Positions 34,347 to 46,903 are shown, counted from the stretch's first letter. The stretch: DNA of 64,000 nt from Blastocladiella emersonii ATCC 22665 (GCA_025594325.1 JANHCV010000013.1:682001-746000), one strand, 5' to 3'. The notes: generated by a model not told the origin, from the sequence alone. Translations and numbers: made by a program.

Positions 34347-37300
34347 CTAAACCGAGCCGCGCGAAGCCGCGGCCTGCCCAGGCACCGCCGGGTAGACGGG
34401 AAGGATAAGCGCGCGCTTGAGGAGCGGGCCGAGCTCTTCGTACCCTTGCGCGCGCACTCGCATGCTTTCGGCGGCGGAGGGGACGGTAGAATCGGCGTCG
34501 GGTAGCGCATGGAACGGGAGCTGGAAAATGGCCGTTGTGAACACCGGCGACAGCTTGCGCACCAACAGTCCCGCGTCAGAAAGCGAAATGCCACAAGGCG
34601 TCATGATCCCATCGCGCTCGTGCTCTGGAATCGTGCGGTCAAACGGCGACTGAGCCGCGTCCTCTTTTTTCTTTGCGAGAGCAACGGTGCACTCAAGCGC
34701 GGGTGTCGGAGCCATGCCTGGACCAGCCGACGGGATAAGCACCGCTTGGTCAAAGAAAATGAGCGCAAGGTATTTGCCAGCGAGGCTCTGCAGCGTGACA
34801 AGCTCAACACCAGAAGCGTAAGCGTCAAAGAGCTCTCGCGTGAGCTCCACCATGCGCAAGGGAGTGGCTGGCGCGGGCGAAGGTAATTGCACCGACGCCG
34901 TCGGGGTCATCACGTGAATCTGATCCTGCGCTGTTCGGACAGCCGCGGCAATCGAGTGCTTCAGGAGCGGATTCGAAGATGCGAGCACAACACGGCGGCC
35001 GATGCGGGGAAGCGGCAAGAAGAGCCCGACCTTGCTCGCCACCACGCCCATGATGCGGTGAAGGACGAGATGTACGCGCCCTTGCTTGCGAGAAACCTGC
35101 ACGTTGGCGATGATGGCCGGCGAGGTCACGCGCATCGACTGGCGCACGCCGTCAACAAGGAGCGCCACAGCACCACACGCCGTGCGCATGTCCGCCTCCG
35201 ACTCGAGCGTAAACTTGGTATCTGAACCAGGCCGGAACTGAAGCATGAGCTCGACCGAGTCGTCCTTTTCAGTGACGTGGCCAACAGCGAGCGGCCAGTC
35301 GCGCCGATCAGCAAGACCAGATTGAATTGGCGACGGGCGGATCGCCTCTAAGAGGGCGGTGTTGGGTTTCCCAGTGACCGGCGTGAGCTTTGCGGCGGAG
35401 AGCGGAAAGAGTTTGCCGCCGACAAGCTCGCGCTTTGATCCGTGAGGAATCTCGCGGTGCACGCCAATCTTGGTTCCAGGAGGGGCATCCTTGATGATCA
35501 TCGCACAGACGAGAGTCCGAACACGCACGCGAGGATTGGAGCCATGAATCGGTTCGACGGAAAGCGTATCAATTCGAAGCGGGTTGCCCGGCCAGCAAAC
35601 TTCAAGCGCAAGGAACGGCACCAGCGAAAGCGACTTTTCGTCCATTGGAACGTCCAGCTCGATGAGGTACTGGTCCGTCGAGTAGGCATCCTTGAAGAAT
35701 CCGTAAGCAACGGCCGATGCGACGAGATCAAGCGGCATGACGACCTCGTCGGGATCCGGGCTCTTGACGGGTGGCTCAAGCATGCTGAACAAGAAGCTGA
35801 CGATGTCCTGAGGCCACGGCGCCGTCGTGATCGGCGTGGAGCCCGACCAAACCAGGCGCCCAGACGCGACAGCAATCGCCAAAAGCTGGACAAAGACACC
35901 CCGCGTGAATGCGGTGAGACCTAAACAGGAGGGAGTTACTCAGTGGACGAGAGCAAGAGACAAAACTAGCCGTACCATGCGAAATAAGCTTCGAATAATG
36001 GCTGGTGCAAGTGAGCAGCGCGCGTTGCAGAAAAGGCGACTGCCCAAGCGCGGTTGGCACTGAAGGCTGGGGGAGCTTCGTAAACGTGAGATGGCGCACG
36101 GTACGGTCGTCGCTTGGGTCAAACGCCCACGAAAATGGCTGAAGACACGCCTCCGTCGCCTCGTCGGATTCCTGTTTGGTAAGCGTGACGCCAAACAGCG
36201 ATGGAAATGCCTCATGTGGGAGGAGCGTGTGCAGGAGGAGAAGCTTGTCCCAATCATCCGCCGCGTCGGCCTTGGGCTGCATAAAGAAGGCAAGCAAGCG
36301 GGAGCGGACGCGGGGATCGTCATTGTGGCGGAGCAGCAAGGTGCCGTGTACGAGGAGAGGAAGGAGGTCGACGTCTTGCATGAGATCGTGCGTGTTCACA
36401 ACATCGAAGCGCATCGCGGGGTCGGCGGCGAGCTCCTCCATCGCCGCGACCGCGTGGCCGCAAATGAAGGACACATAAACTCGGAACCTGTTGCCACGCA
36501 TGGCTGGACGGAGCGCACCGACCCAATCGCAAAGCTCGGCGAGAATAGCTGCCTCAGGGAGGGCTGGGCGAAGAAGCAAATCGAAGGACTCGCCCGGGAG
36601 ACGGTCTGCGGCCGCGGCATAGTACGGCACGTCGTCGCAAGAAATGAGAAGCATCGTCGGGTTAACGACCGCGTCTTGCCCCGCACCGTCGCGACGCGGG
36701 GTCGTGAAGGCGCCGGTGGCTGCAAGTCGCTCGTGGTTGATCATCATGCGAGTAGCTTCGGCGCGCTTGAGCACACCGCGGTGCTGCTCCTGCAACCGGT
36801 CCATTGCCTGCGAAGCCGCGCGTGCAAAGACCTCGCTCGAATCGGCGCCGTCGTTCGCCTGGTGGAATCGGTCCCGCTTAGCGAGCAGGGCCTCGACGGA
36901 CCAGTCCACGGCCAGCCAGCCGCGCCAGCATCGGCGGAGCTCGCGAAGGGTCGCTTCGTTTGTGACACGAAGCGGCGAGTCGGCCGGAACGTTGAGCAGG
37001 TCGAGTTCGAGGCACGCGCGCAGCTGGGTGTCCCAAAAGTCGCGGACGTCGGGATCAAGGACATGAGAGTACCACAGTTGGCCGACGTAGCGAGCGAGAG
37101 CGTCCGTGTCAAGGTCGTTCGGAAGCGTATTGGCAAAAGCGTGAAGGATCAGAAAGTTCCGCGCAAGCACCTCGGGCTGCCAGTCGTTGAGCGTGAACGA
37201 GAGCGTTGCGGTGGCACCCTTGACCGCGGCTTCGCACACGGTCCGTGCGACCTCGGCCAGGTCGCCGCAGCCGCACAGGAGCGCGCGCAGCTCGGGCAGC

Positions 37301-37500
37301 GCACGCGAATCGTGGTACATGAACAGGTCGCGCGGCGGGTGGCGACGGTACGGGCGGAACGAAGCGACGCGGCTGCCCCGGAACGGCGTGCGGCACGTCA
37401 GCAGTGAAGGAAGCGCTACGGCAGGTTTCTTGACCATAATAGCAGATTTCGATGCATTGCCGCCAGTGGCGGGCTTTTTCGTTTTCTTTTTAGCCTTCAT
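34347..37500 (-). CDS. DUF4470-type protein, ~1032 aa, intact; complement(join(34347..35920,35976..37500))
   Basis: ALLCGCGDLAEVART...FTLNDWQPEVLARNFLIL...GQLWYS is the DUF4470 pattern, and FDVVNTHDL follows. A phase-1 GTACGG...TAG intron joins the ORFs. The C-terminus LKRALILPVYP is shared with the other copies. Confidence 0.82.
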
Positions 37501-38145
37501 TGCAACAAGTGGTCGGCGAATTTGCGCGAAGTGGGCGCGTCGCCAGTTCTTGCCCAGGAGAACCCCTGAATGAGCGAGTCGCCCGCACGTGACTGGCCTG
37601 CTACTCTGATCGAGGCCGGCCGTGTGGCGCAACGCGCTTTCGGGCCACTACAAATCTGGGCAAGAATTTCCATTTACGTGTGTTTTTCAAAAAAATGCGT
37701 AATCAATCCAATCCCGTCTGCTCACATCGTGGACGGGCGGAACCAAGTCGGACGTCTGTGTTCCCAACAGCTACGACCAGTTACAGATGCTTGCCCCGTT
37801 TCACTTGGTCCTGAAAGTGAGTTACCACGCAAGTTTGCAAGTGGGAAACCACATGGACCATCGTTGGAGGCCGTGACTGCAACCACGGGTTGCGAAAACT
37901 GACCGCGTCGCGGCGTCCGACCTTTCCGCTCGCTCGTTTCGCACGACATATCGCTTCCCCTCGACTTTTCTGCCCACTCGCTACAAAACTCGTTGCTGAG
38001 TCGCACGTATCCTGGACCTCGCGGCGGCAGCCCTCCAGTTCGAAGACATCGTCCCGCGATCAAGTGCCAAAACACGCCAAATGTCGAGTACAACAAGTAG
38101 AATTCAGATGTACTAATAGATGGCAGCGTCTCCAATCCAGTCTGC

Positions 38146-40474
38146 TCACGAGGTCGGATCCGGTTCCGCCTTCCGCCGGCCAAACCGCTCCCGCATGTCA
38201 CGCTCCTTATCCACAATCTCTTCCACACGAGCACCAATCTGAATAGCGCGAATCCGTTTCAGCGAATCGAGATGCTCGAGCTGGATTCCTGGCGTGCTCA
38301 TAAGAAGCGCTTCCAACCGACCATTGTTTGGGACCCTGTCGAATACACCGTTGTAAATCAAGCCGGTGAGCATGGGCGAGACGGGAAGCAGCGCGCAAAG
38401 GAGATCGATAACGAAGCTGGGCGATTTGACGCGCATTGTCTCGAGAATGAAGTAAGAGGTCGTATTGCCTCTGGGGACATCGACACAGCACATTCTCTTG
38501 GACTCGTGAATAAGCGCCAGTTCGTGTGAGTGCTTGACCGACGCAAGATAAGCGCTGAAGATCGGGAACATGTCAAAGTTGGCCCTGAAGGGTTTGATGA
38601 GTCGCGCGAAGACCTTGCGCCACGCGGGCTGGTACGACAGCGGGCAGTTAGGGCACACGGTGAACCCAGGCGTGGACGAGAAAACGAGATCGTCGTGCGA
38701 GGAAAGGTGGGCTGCGAGCATCGCGCCAAACATCGACGCTGCAAGGTTTGCGGCACGCACGATTGCGCTTGCGCGAGCGTATTCCGTCGTGTAGACCGTG
38801 ACCGTGAGCCAGGAAAGCGCTTGCAAAACGGTGGACGAGGGAACGCCAATTCGGCTAGGATTAGTTGGGAGCAGGCGCGTGGCAACAGCGAAAGCATCAA
38901 GTCGCGTAGCAGCCGGCTCGGGCAGAGAAAGCAGCGCGGCGATACACTCGAAGCGGGCGGCTCCGCACTCGTCGTTGGTGTCGTCAAAAACATTGAGCCC
39001 GATGCGGTCTATAGTTCCAGGGGAGGCAGTCGTGCGTGCAAGGTGGACCAATGTGTCCATAAGCGACGGCTGCGGTTGAAAGTAAAACCCGTTTGCCTCA
39101 AGCAGGCTCTCCGAAAGACTAAGAACGCGGCGAGATCAAGTGTGAGGGCAGGAACAGCGCGGAGCAACCGCGGAGTGCTGACGTACCATCAATAAGAATG
39201 TCGTCCCACAGCGCGCCATATGGAGCCAAGCCGCTGCAAAGCAAAGCGACATCAGCTTTTTCGTTGGATGTGAGTGCACAAGCAAGGGCAACCTTGAAGC
39301 ACTCCACGCCAACCAAGCCCAAAGGGATAAGTGTGAGAACGTCGGAAATAGAAGGAAAATGATTGACGTAGAGGCCGGTCATTTTTTCCACAAAGCGATT
39401 GCGATCAAGCTTGGCCAGGTCCGCCTCGACTTGGTCAGGGAATCTCGTAACAAGGAGCGCAAGCGCGGCCGGATGGTACAATGCGATTGCGTGCAGTGCC
39501 GTTTCCGATCCTGATCTCGAGTCGTCCAACTTGTCACTTGACCATCCTCGCGCATACAGCCATCCAACGATGCCAGCAACGCTCTCGCTCGAAGGCGGAT
39601 GCATTCGGAGGGCAAGCAAGAAAATACAGTTGATCCCAGGTTGCGCTGACAGGACCGCGACGAGCGCGGCCTCATTGACGGCGTGTTCCGGGCGCAAGAG
39701 TAGTTGAAGCGAGTCGAATTGCCAGTACGTGGTCGCGGTGAATGCGAGCACGTCTGTGAAGCGCGGCGTCCGATTGAGTTGCTGGAACGCATTCGCAACG
39801 TCTTCCGTGTTGAAGGAGGTGTACGTCATGCGGCGGAGGTCCATGAAGGGTACCAGTTTCAACCAGTCGGACCAGCTGAGAGATGCAGTAAGCAGCTGTG
39901 GCCATTCTTTGCTGGCGTACGTGAGAAGCTCTTCCAAAAAGGCCGTGCAGCCCGCCGCGGCTGCATGTGCCGCGAGGAGGACGGTGACCGCAAGCGGGTG
40001 CCGGTTTAGCTGGCGAAGATCGGCGGCATCCGCGCGAGCAACGGCAGAAAGCAAGTCAAACGTCGTGTTACCGCCCACGGCATGGGTTCGAATGAACGCG
40101 AGCAGCACGCGCATCAGCGAGTCCACACGGACGCGCGCCTGTTCACGTCTAGCTGACACGTACGGCCAGCTGCGAAGATGCCCGGTCGAGTACAGTGCGC
40201 GTGACGTCGAGGACCAAGTGCTGCGGGCAAGTTTGGAGTTGTCGCCATAGTCGGGTTTGAAGTTGTTGTCGAGCCGAGAAATGAAGCCGATCGCCCAAGA
40301 CGAGAGAAAGTGCGGGTTAGACGCCATTGTGTATGTAGCACGGGAAGCGAGGACCAAGGCTGGGCGAGGCTCCACGAGTTGGCCCACGATCGTGGCAAGC
40401 TCGCGCGGAAGGTCGGAAAGACCCGGCGGCCGCATCGTTGAAGTGTCTAGGTTAGATTGCATAGAGTGTTTCAT
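38146..40474 (-). pseudogene. F-box-like subfamily A2 gene; exon 1 40474-39187, intron 39186-39119, exon 2 39118-38146, with a 1-nt frameshift near 39110
   Basis: MKHSMQ...LSDLPRELATIVGQLVEPR. GTACGT donor and TAG acceptor. Adding one base at tttcgg^agagc gives VFRESLLE, matching FFRDALE of the 27054 paralog. This may be a real lesion or an assembly indel. Confidence 0.78.
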
Positions 40475-41559
40475 GGTCGCAAGGTCGCTTTCATGGTGCG
40501 CTTCATGGCAGCGGGGAGCTCGAGTGGTTGGCGCCGAGTTCGCCGTTGATGTCGCCGCGAACTTCGCCTCAAGCCTCCCCTCCCTCTCTCCCGACTGACC
40601 GTCGACCAGAACGACTCCCATGTAACTCGCCGCACACGCATGGATTGCTCGGTAGCCGTCGCACGCCGGCGCAGCCCGGCCGACTTTGCTGGAAGACGCG
40701 GTGCCCGTCGCCGCAGTCGTCTCGCCCCTGTTCCCCATGTGTGGACGTTGCCTCGCCATCGGCCTGCGGTTCGAGTGTGCTACATTGACGTTCGACTTCT
40801 TGTACCCGAGGCTGCGGCCGTGACGGCTGCCGCGCCCGTCCGCCAGCTCGCTGCCCCGCACCCGCCTCCTGGTCGGCTTCGCGGTCCGCTGCGTCGTCCC
40901 GTTCGCCCCTCCGCGCCCTTGACGGCTCGATGATGCTCAGCATGCCAGCTGGTCTCCTTGATCTCCTCGACCGCTCTCTACGGCAGTCGTCAAGGAAGCA
41001 GCGGGGGCGGCGCCGACACAGGCACCTAGCAGCGTGCTCGTCGTCGGGAACGGAGCGGGACTCGACCACCCGCGTTCCTGGCGGCAGTCGTGCCCGTTCG
41101 CCGGATTGCTGCGCTACGAGCACGTTCTGGCCGGCTTCGCGGCCAGGCACGCCGTGCCGCCTTGTGCTGTAACGTGAGCACGGCAATGGCGGCGTTCGCC
41201 TGCCCATCCGCATGGCAGCGTCCCCGTGGCTGGCGACGGAGCGCGATCGGTGCCGGCCGCGTCGCCACTCTTCCTACTCGGCCGTCCACGTCGCCGCCGT
41301 GGCCAGCGGCAGTCGTAGTCGCAGGCGCGATCCCTCTACTGGTCACGGTGCTTCTCTTGCGAGTACCTTCGCATCGGCGACGCCGCGGGGCACCCATCAT
41401 CACGAACGACCGCGATAGATGGCGCGTTTGGTGTCGCTTGAGAGGCGTCGGACCATTTTGGCAAACCGTCGCTGTGGCCGCGACCGCGGCAGTTCGGGTG
41501 ACCCAGCGGCACTTCTTCGCTTGACGGTCTTCCTCCTCACTCGCTTTCCGTGTCGATTC

Positions 41560-42300
41560 CGCGCCAGGCGACTCTTCCACGTCTCCGCTCGCCGATCTTC
41601 CCTCCCGCTCCCTTTGCGACTCGGCCCCGCGTCACGCGAGTCTTCCGCGTCGTTACCTCCCGATCTTTTACTCCCTCCACCTGCGTTGCAACTCGTACGC
41701 GTCGGCTGGCGCTGTCGCGGCTCTGCACCCCGACCTTCTTCCTCGCTCGCGTCGCGACTCGGCCCCGCGTTGGGCGACCCGCTGAATCGCTGCGATCCCA
41801 CTTTGCCCTCCGCTCACTTCGCGACTCAGCCCCCAGCATGCGACCCCGCTGCGTCTCGCGCTCGTCGACGGCTTGCTCTGCGACTCTGACGCGACATCGC
41901 TCCCCGACCTTTCCCGCTCGCTCGCGTCGTGACCCGGCCCCGCATCTGGCGACCCGCCACGCTTCTTCTTCTCTCCGATCTTGCCCTCCGCTCGCTCAGG
42001 GACTCGGTCCCGTGTCACGCAGCCCCGCCGCATCGACCTTCCTTCGCTCTTGCTTTGCAATTCAGCCCTGCGTCACGCGAAGCGACTGCGTCGCTGCTCC
42101 CTGGGCTTTCTCACCTCCGCTCGCGTTCCAACTCGCCCGACGCGGGCGACCCTGCGGCGTTTCTGCACTCCGACTTTCCCCCTCGCTCGCCCGCGTCGCG
42201 GCCCGGCCCCGCGTCGCCCGCCCTCCCGCGGCTCTACTCTCCGACCGTGCCCTCCGCTCGCGTCCCAACTCGTCCGCGTCGGCCGACCGACCCCGCGCAC
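41560..42300. repeat. Degenerate GC-rich tandem array (units ~50-70 bp built on CCGAyCTTnCCCTCCGCTCGC...CGCGACTCGGCCCCGCGT)
   Basis: gcgactcggccccgcgt and its variants, and gccctccgctcgc, recur many times. The minus-strand frames give repeated DAGPSRDASE-like peptides. Confidence 0.7.
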
Positions 42301-43034
42301 CTCGGCGCGCCGCGCGTCCTGCGCGCTCGGTCGTTTCGCCACTCGTCCGCGACATGACTCGCGCGGCCACGGACCCGCTGCTCGCGTCCGGCTTCCCTCA
42401 ATCGATCGCCGCTCCGTCCCGGCCGACTCGGACCACGCCCCAGCGGCTCGGCGCCGTGTACCGCTCGTTGACGAGCTGACGGCGGTCCTGGTCGAGAACA
42501 CGCACGTGCCGACCGCGGTCGGCGCGCGCAGGCGCAGGATCGCAGGGACGTGCCGCGGCCGGCCTTCTCCCGTTCTCGCCGCATGGTACTCGATCCGACG
42601 CGCTCAACTTCGCTGCGGCACACTTCATTCCCTCGTGGGCCGAGCCGAGCGAGGTCTGCCGCGAGCGGGCGCGCGACGGACGACTCGTCGCGCAGCTCCA
42701 GCTCGCTCCTGCCGCGGCGCCGCGCTCAGCACGAACCATGTGTGTGTGCGACCGAGAACTGGAATATAAATACTCCCCGCCATCTCTGTCTGCATCGCTC
42801 ACGCTCACGCTCACGCTCACGTTCTGCGCCGACCGATTCGCTTGATGCGACGGCAGTTCTTGCACGCGCACGTCCACGACCCATCTCTCGCTCGCGCTGA
42901 GGATCAATGAAAGGATATACGACGATTAAACGAAACGAGCTGCTCTCGAGCAACACCACCACCACCACGCACTCTCTCTCTCCAACCACGACCGCGAACC
43001 GCGCGCCACTTCCTCGCGCGCCCTCGCCGTCCAC

Positions 43035-44503
43035 TTAGAAGTCCTTGAACAGCTGCGCGTACGGGTCGGGCTGGACCTTACCGTACGGCTCGGTCTCCTC
43101 GGGGTACGCGTCGAAGTTGGAGGTATCGCCGTCGCCGCGGTTGGGCGGGGTGTAGGGGGGCGGGATCTGCTTGTTGAAGAGCTTGGTCCAGTCGAGCCCG
43201 GCAAACCACTTGTGCATCTTGATGTCCTTGGACCCGCCCTTGAGGTTGCCGTACCGCTTGGTCAGGTCCGTGGTCAGCAGCCGCTTGAGCAGGTCCTTGG
43301 CGGCCGGGTCAAAGTGCGACGGCCACTTGACTTTGCCCTGCAGGATCTTTTCGTACATGCGGACGTGGTCTACACGGCGGCGAACAAAGTGTGAGCCGTG
43401 TGTGGGAGAGTGACGTGAAGCGGCCCAACGTACCCTCGTCGTAGAAGGGCGGGTAGCCCGCGAGCATCTCGAAGATGAGCACGCCGAGCGCGTACCAGTC
43501 GACGGCGCGGCCGTACCCGCGCGACTGGATGATCTCGGGCGCGAGGTAGTCGGGGGTCCCGCACAGCGTCCACGTGATGTCGGGGACGTGCTTGGCGAAC
43601 CCAAAGTCGGTGATCTTGACGTGGCCCTGCGCGTCGAGGAGGAGGTTCTACGGGTGGGTGGGGAGGCGGGGTCAGCGAGGGTGCGGAGGCGCGCGTGCAG
43701 CGAAGCAGCAAAGTACCTCGGGCTTGAGGTCGCGGTAGATGATGTCCTTGCTGTGCAGGTACTCGAAGGCGAGCACGACCTCGGCGGCGTAGAACTTGGC
43801 CACGTTGTTGGAGAACCGCTACCCGTTCAGACGAGTATCAGCACCGCCCACGCACCCACGGCCGAAACGCGCGTACCTGAGACCTCCGGAGATACGTAAA
43901 CAGCTCGCCACCGGTCACATACTCCATGACCATGTACAGGTTGGCCGAGTCCTGGAAACTCGAGTGCAGCGCGACCAGGAACGGGTGGTCGATCTGCTCG
44001 AGGATCCCCTTCTCGTTGAGCGTGTGCTCGACCTGCTTGTGCTTGACCACCTCGGCCTTCTTGAGCACCTTCATCGCGTAGTACTTGCCAGTCGACCGCA
44101 ACCGCACCAGGTGCACGCGCCCGAACGAACCGGTCCCGAGCGTCTGCCGCAGCTCCAGGTCCGCCAGCGTCGTCTTGCGCCGGCGCCGCTCGGCCACCGC
44201 GTCGAGCGGGGCCGAGGGGGTGGCGGCGGGGGACGGCGAGTAGTCCGAGTTGGTGTGCGCGGCCGTCGCCATCTTCTGCGCGTGCGAGATGCTGCTCGAC
44301 GTCGTGGACCCGGCGACGAGCGGCGACGGGATCGACAGGTTGCCGCTGGCCGCCGCGGTCGTCGTCGAGCTGGCGGTCGACGACGCGGACCCCGCGCCGG
44401 CGGCGGTTGAGGGGGAAGACGGCGACGCGGGCGCCGGCGCGTCCTTGTCCGACGACCCGACCACCTTCTTGGTCTTTTCCATGAGCTTGTCGATCAGGGT
44501 CAT
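43035..44503 (-). CDS. PKAC: cAMP-dependent protein kinase catalytic subunit (PKA-C), 425 aa; complement(join(43035..43369,43434..43647,43717..43818,43877..44503))
   Basis: [41 protein letters not shown] and the C-tail DTSNFDAY...LFKDF. Three GT-AG introns splice to 1278 nt. The N-terminus [16 protein letters not shown] matches my recollection of B. emersonii PKA-C. Confidence 0.98.
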
Positions 44504-45319
44504 GGCGGATGTTGGCGAGAGAGAGAGGAGCGGGAGAGAGGAGGAGAGGCTAAAACGTGTGGGCAGAGCAGACGGCGCCACACCCGTGCGCGTGTGTACG
44601 TGGCAAGGCGCGCGATCTGGTTGGTTGCTCGACGCGTGCGCGAAATGAAGGTGCAGCAAACGAGGATCGCTACACGCAACGATGGCGACGAGGAGGGCGA
44701 TCAGGATCCGTTGTGGTGGGTTGCCCCGCGAACAACCGGCCCAGGGAGCGGCAGCGACCGGCAGCGGCAGCGGCGCAGCGCCGGGCGCAGGAGGCGCAGG
44801 ACTCGAGGTGCCACCCACGGGACGCGCGGTTCGCGGGTTCGCGGGACGTGCGCGAAGGTCGGACGGACGACGTACTTGGCGGCGGCAGCGGCGGGAACGC
44901 GTCGTCGTGGTCGGCGATCGGGCAGCGGGCAGCCGTAGGTGATCCGCGATGGACGAGCAGGTGCGCCGAGTAGACAACGAGGCGAGAGCGGGAAGGGGAG
45001 GGGCTATCGGGGGCACGGGCCGAGCGCGATCGGGTCGGTCGCGTGCGAGCGTGCGTGCGCGGACTTCCTGGGTCGAGTCGCGCGTGGAGGGGAGGAGCGC
45101 GTGCAGCCGAAGGGGGACAGGGCAGACGCGAAGGGACAGGCACGGCGTGGCGCTCTCTCGCAAGGCAACGTGGCGGCGGCGCGAAGCAGAAAGGAGACGC
45201 GCGCGGTGGGAGAGCTCCGCCGCGTCACGTGCGCGTCACCCGCGCCGGGCGTGATTCCCGCGCGCGTCTCCCGCGTGTCTCTCACCCGCACCCGGTCAGT
45301 TCACGCAAAACGTCATGTA

Positions 45320-46903
45320 TTACCGCCTCCGCACAAGCACCACGATCCCGGCCACGACGCCGCCGACGATCGCGAGCGCGAGGAACGCCGTGACCGCCGC
45401 CACGCGCCACGTGCACCCCGCCAACACGCGGTGCACGACTGAGGGGGACTCGCCGAGCTCGGATTTGAGCGAGCTGAACCCGCTGACGCTCATCACCGAC
45501 ACCCCGCGCGACGCCCGCGGTGTTGACGGGAACGGCGTCCCGCGGACCTGCTGCTGCGCTTGCCGGTACGCGGACGTCGGGAGGAGCGGGAGCGACGCCG
45601 ACCGCGCGGTGCCGTCTACCGCGAGACTGCGGTGCAGGGCTGACGGCGAGCTCGGGGGTGTTGGGTCGAGGTACCACGCCGCGGGACACTCGCCGCCATG
45701 GTCGGGCACTGCGGGCGGCGGCCGTGGGTGCGTGCTTGGGCCCATCTCGATCACGACAAACGTCGACGACGTCTGCGTCGACGGCCGGAGCCCCGGGACA
45801 CGGTGCGCGAGGCTCGCGCACTGCGCCGCCGTTGTCGTTGTCGTATTCGACCGCGCGAGCGAGGCGGGCGGGACGCTGGGCGGTGGGATCCGTGCACTGC
45901 TACTCGGCGCGGGCGACGTCGGCGCCGACGGTGCGGTGAGCAACGACTCGATCCGCGGCCCGACGTCGTCGCCGTTTAGCCCCGTCCACGTGCTCCCGTC
46001 GACGCGCGGGCTGCACAGTGCCGAGACCGAGTCGCGCCGCGAGGTCGGGGGTGGCGAAGAGTGTGACCGCGGCCGCCGCGGCGGGTGGCGCGAGCGCGGG
46101 AGCGAAGTTGACGGGTTCGCGGTCACGGACAGCTCGGTCAGAAGCGTTGCCGACCCGACCGAGTCGCGCTGCGCTTGCGCCGGGTGGCGTTGCGCGAGGA
46201 ACGCCGCGGGCGCCGACGGGCGGCGCTCGTGCCGCGAGTTGGGGTTGAGCGACATGGCCCATGGCAGGGTCCCGGAAACGCCGCGAGGACTGCTGCCGAA
46301 ACTGTAGATCGACGCGCCCAGCGCGCTATCGGACCGCACCGGGATCGCTGCGTGCATCGCCTCGCGCACGTCGAACGGGTGGTGCGCGTGCGCGAGGGCT
46401 GAGACGGGCGACGGCGGGAGCGGGACGTGCGCGGGGTCCACCACGCTCGACGACGGCCGCCGCTGGCGCAACCCGCCGCCGCCGCTCGTGCACCCGCCAG
46501 AGGGCGCATGCCACCCGGACAGGTGCGTGGTATCCGATCCCGTCGACAGGCGGTACACGGGCACCTGCTGCGGCGACCACTCGCCCGCCTGCTGAAGTGG
46601 GTCCACCTCGTCGTCGTCGCCCGCACACGTCGCGCCGCCGGTCCACCGCCGCGACGCCCGCGTGAAGGTCGGCGTCGGCGGGGTGATGGGCGACAGCGGG
46701 GTCCGGTCCGTGGTCTGTTCGAGCCGGCGGAGCGTCCAGGCGGACGAGGCGAAGGTCGGCGTGATGGGTGTCGTGGCGGGCGTGGCGTGAGGAGAGGTGG
46801 TGGTGGTGGTGGTGACGATGGCCACCATGGACGCGGGGCGTTTCGCTGCGATGGAGCGACGTCGCGGGGTGGTGGTGGTGGTGGTGGAGGTGTAAGTGTT
46901 CAT
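45320..46903 (-). CDS. Low-complexity Ser/Thr/Pro-rich protein with a single C-terminal transmembrane anchor, ~527 aa
   Basis: Long ORF from MNTYTSTTTTT ending WRVAAVTAFLALAIVGGVVAGIVVLVRRR*, a tail-anchor topology; host-like codon usage. Confidence 0.7.
   Translation of the reverse strand: MNTYTSTTTTTTPRRRSIAAKRPASMVAIVTTTTTTSPHATPATTPITPTFASSAWTLRRLEQTTDRTPLSPITPPTPTFTRASRRWTGGATCAGDDDEVDPLQQAGEWSPQQVPVYRLSTGSDTTHLSGWHAPSGGCTSGGGGLRQRRPSSSVVDPAHVPLPPSPVSALAHAHHPFDVREAMHAAIPVRSDSALGASIYSFGSSPRGVSGTLPWAMSLNPNSRHERRPSAPAAFLAQRHPAQAQRDSVGSATLLTELSVTANPSTSLPRSRHPPRRPRSHSSPPPTSRRDSVSALCSPRVDGSTWTGLNGDDVGPRIESLLTAPSAPTSPAPSSSARIPPPSVPPASLARSNTTTTTAAQCASLAHRVPGLRPSTQTSSTFVVIEMGPSTHPRPPPAVPDHGGECPAAWYLDPTPPSSPSALHRSLAVDGTARSASLPLLPTSAYRQAQQQVRGTPFPSTPRASRGVSVMSVSGFSSLKSELGESPSVVHRVLAGCTWRVAAVTAFLALAIVGGVVAGIVVLVRRR

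Noticed and set aside
36091-37407. 438-aa plus-strand ORF (and 52483-53580 on the minus strand)
   Set aside because: Antisense shadows of DUF4470-type exons.
41560-42300. CRISPR-like array
   Set aside because: Eukaryotic context; repeats are degenerate with no constant repeat/unique spacer structure and no cas genes.
1992-44503. A cyclic-nucleotide signalling gene cluster (GC + CNG relic + PKA-C)
   Set aside because: The genes are up to 40 kb apart, the channel call is weak, and these families are numerous in zoosporic fungi, so co-location is probably chance unless synteny shows otherwise.
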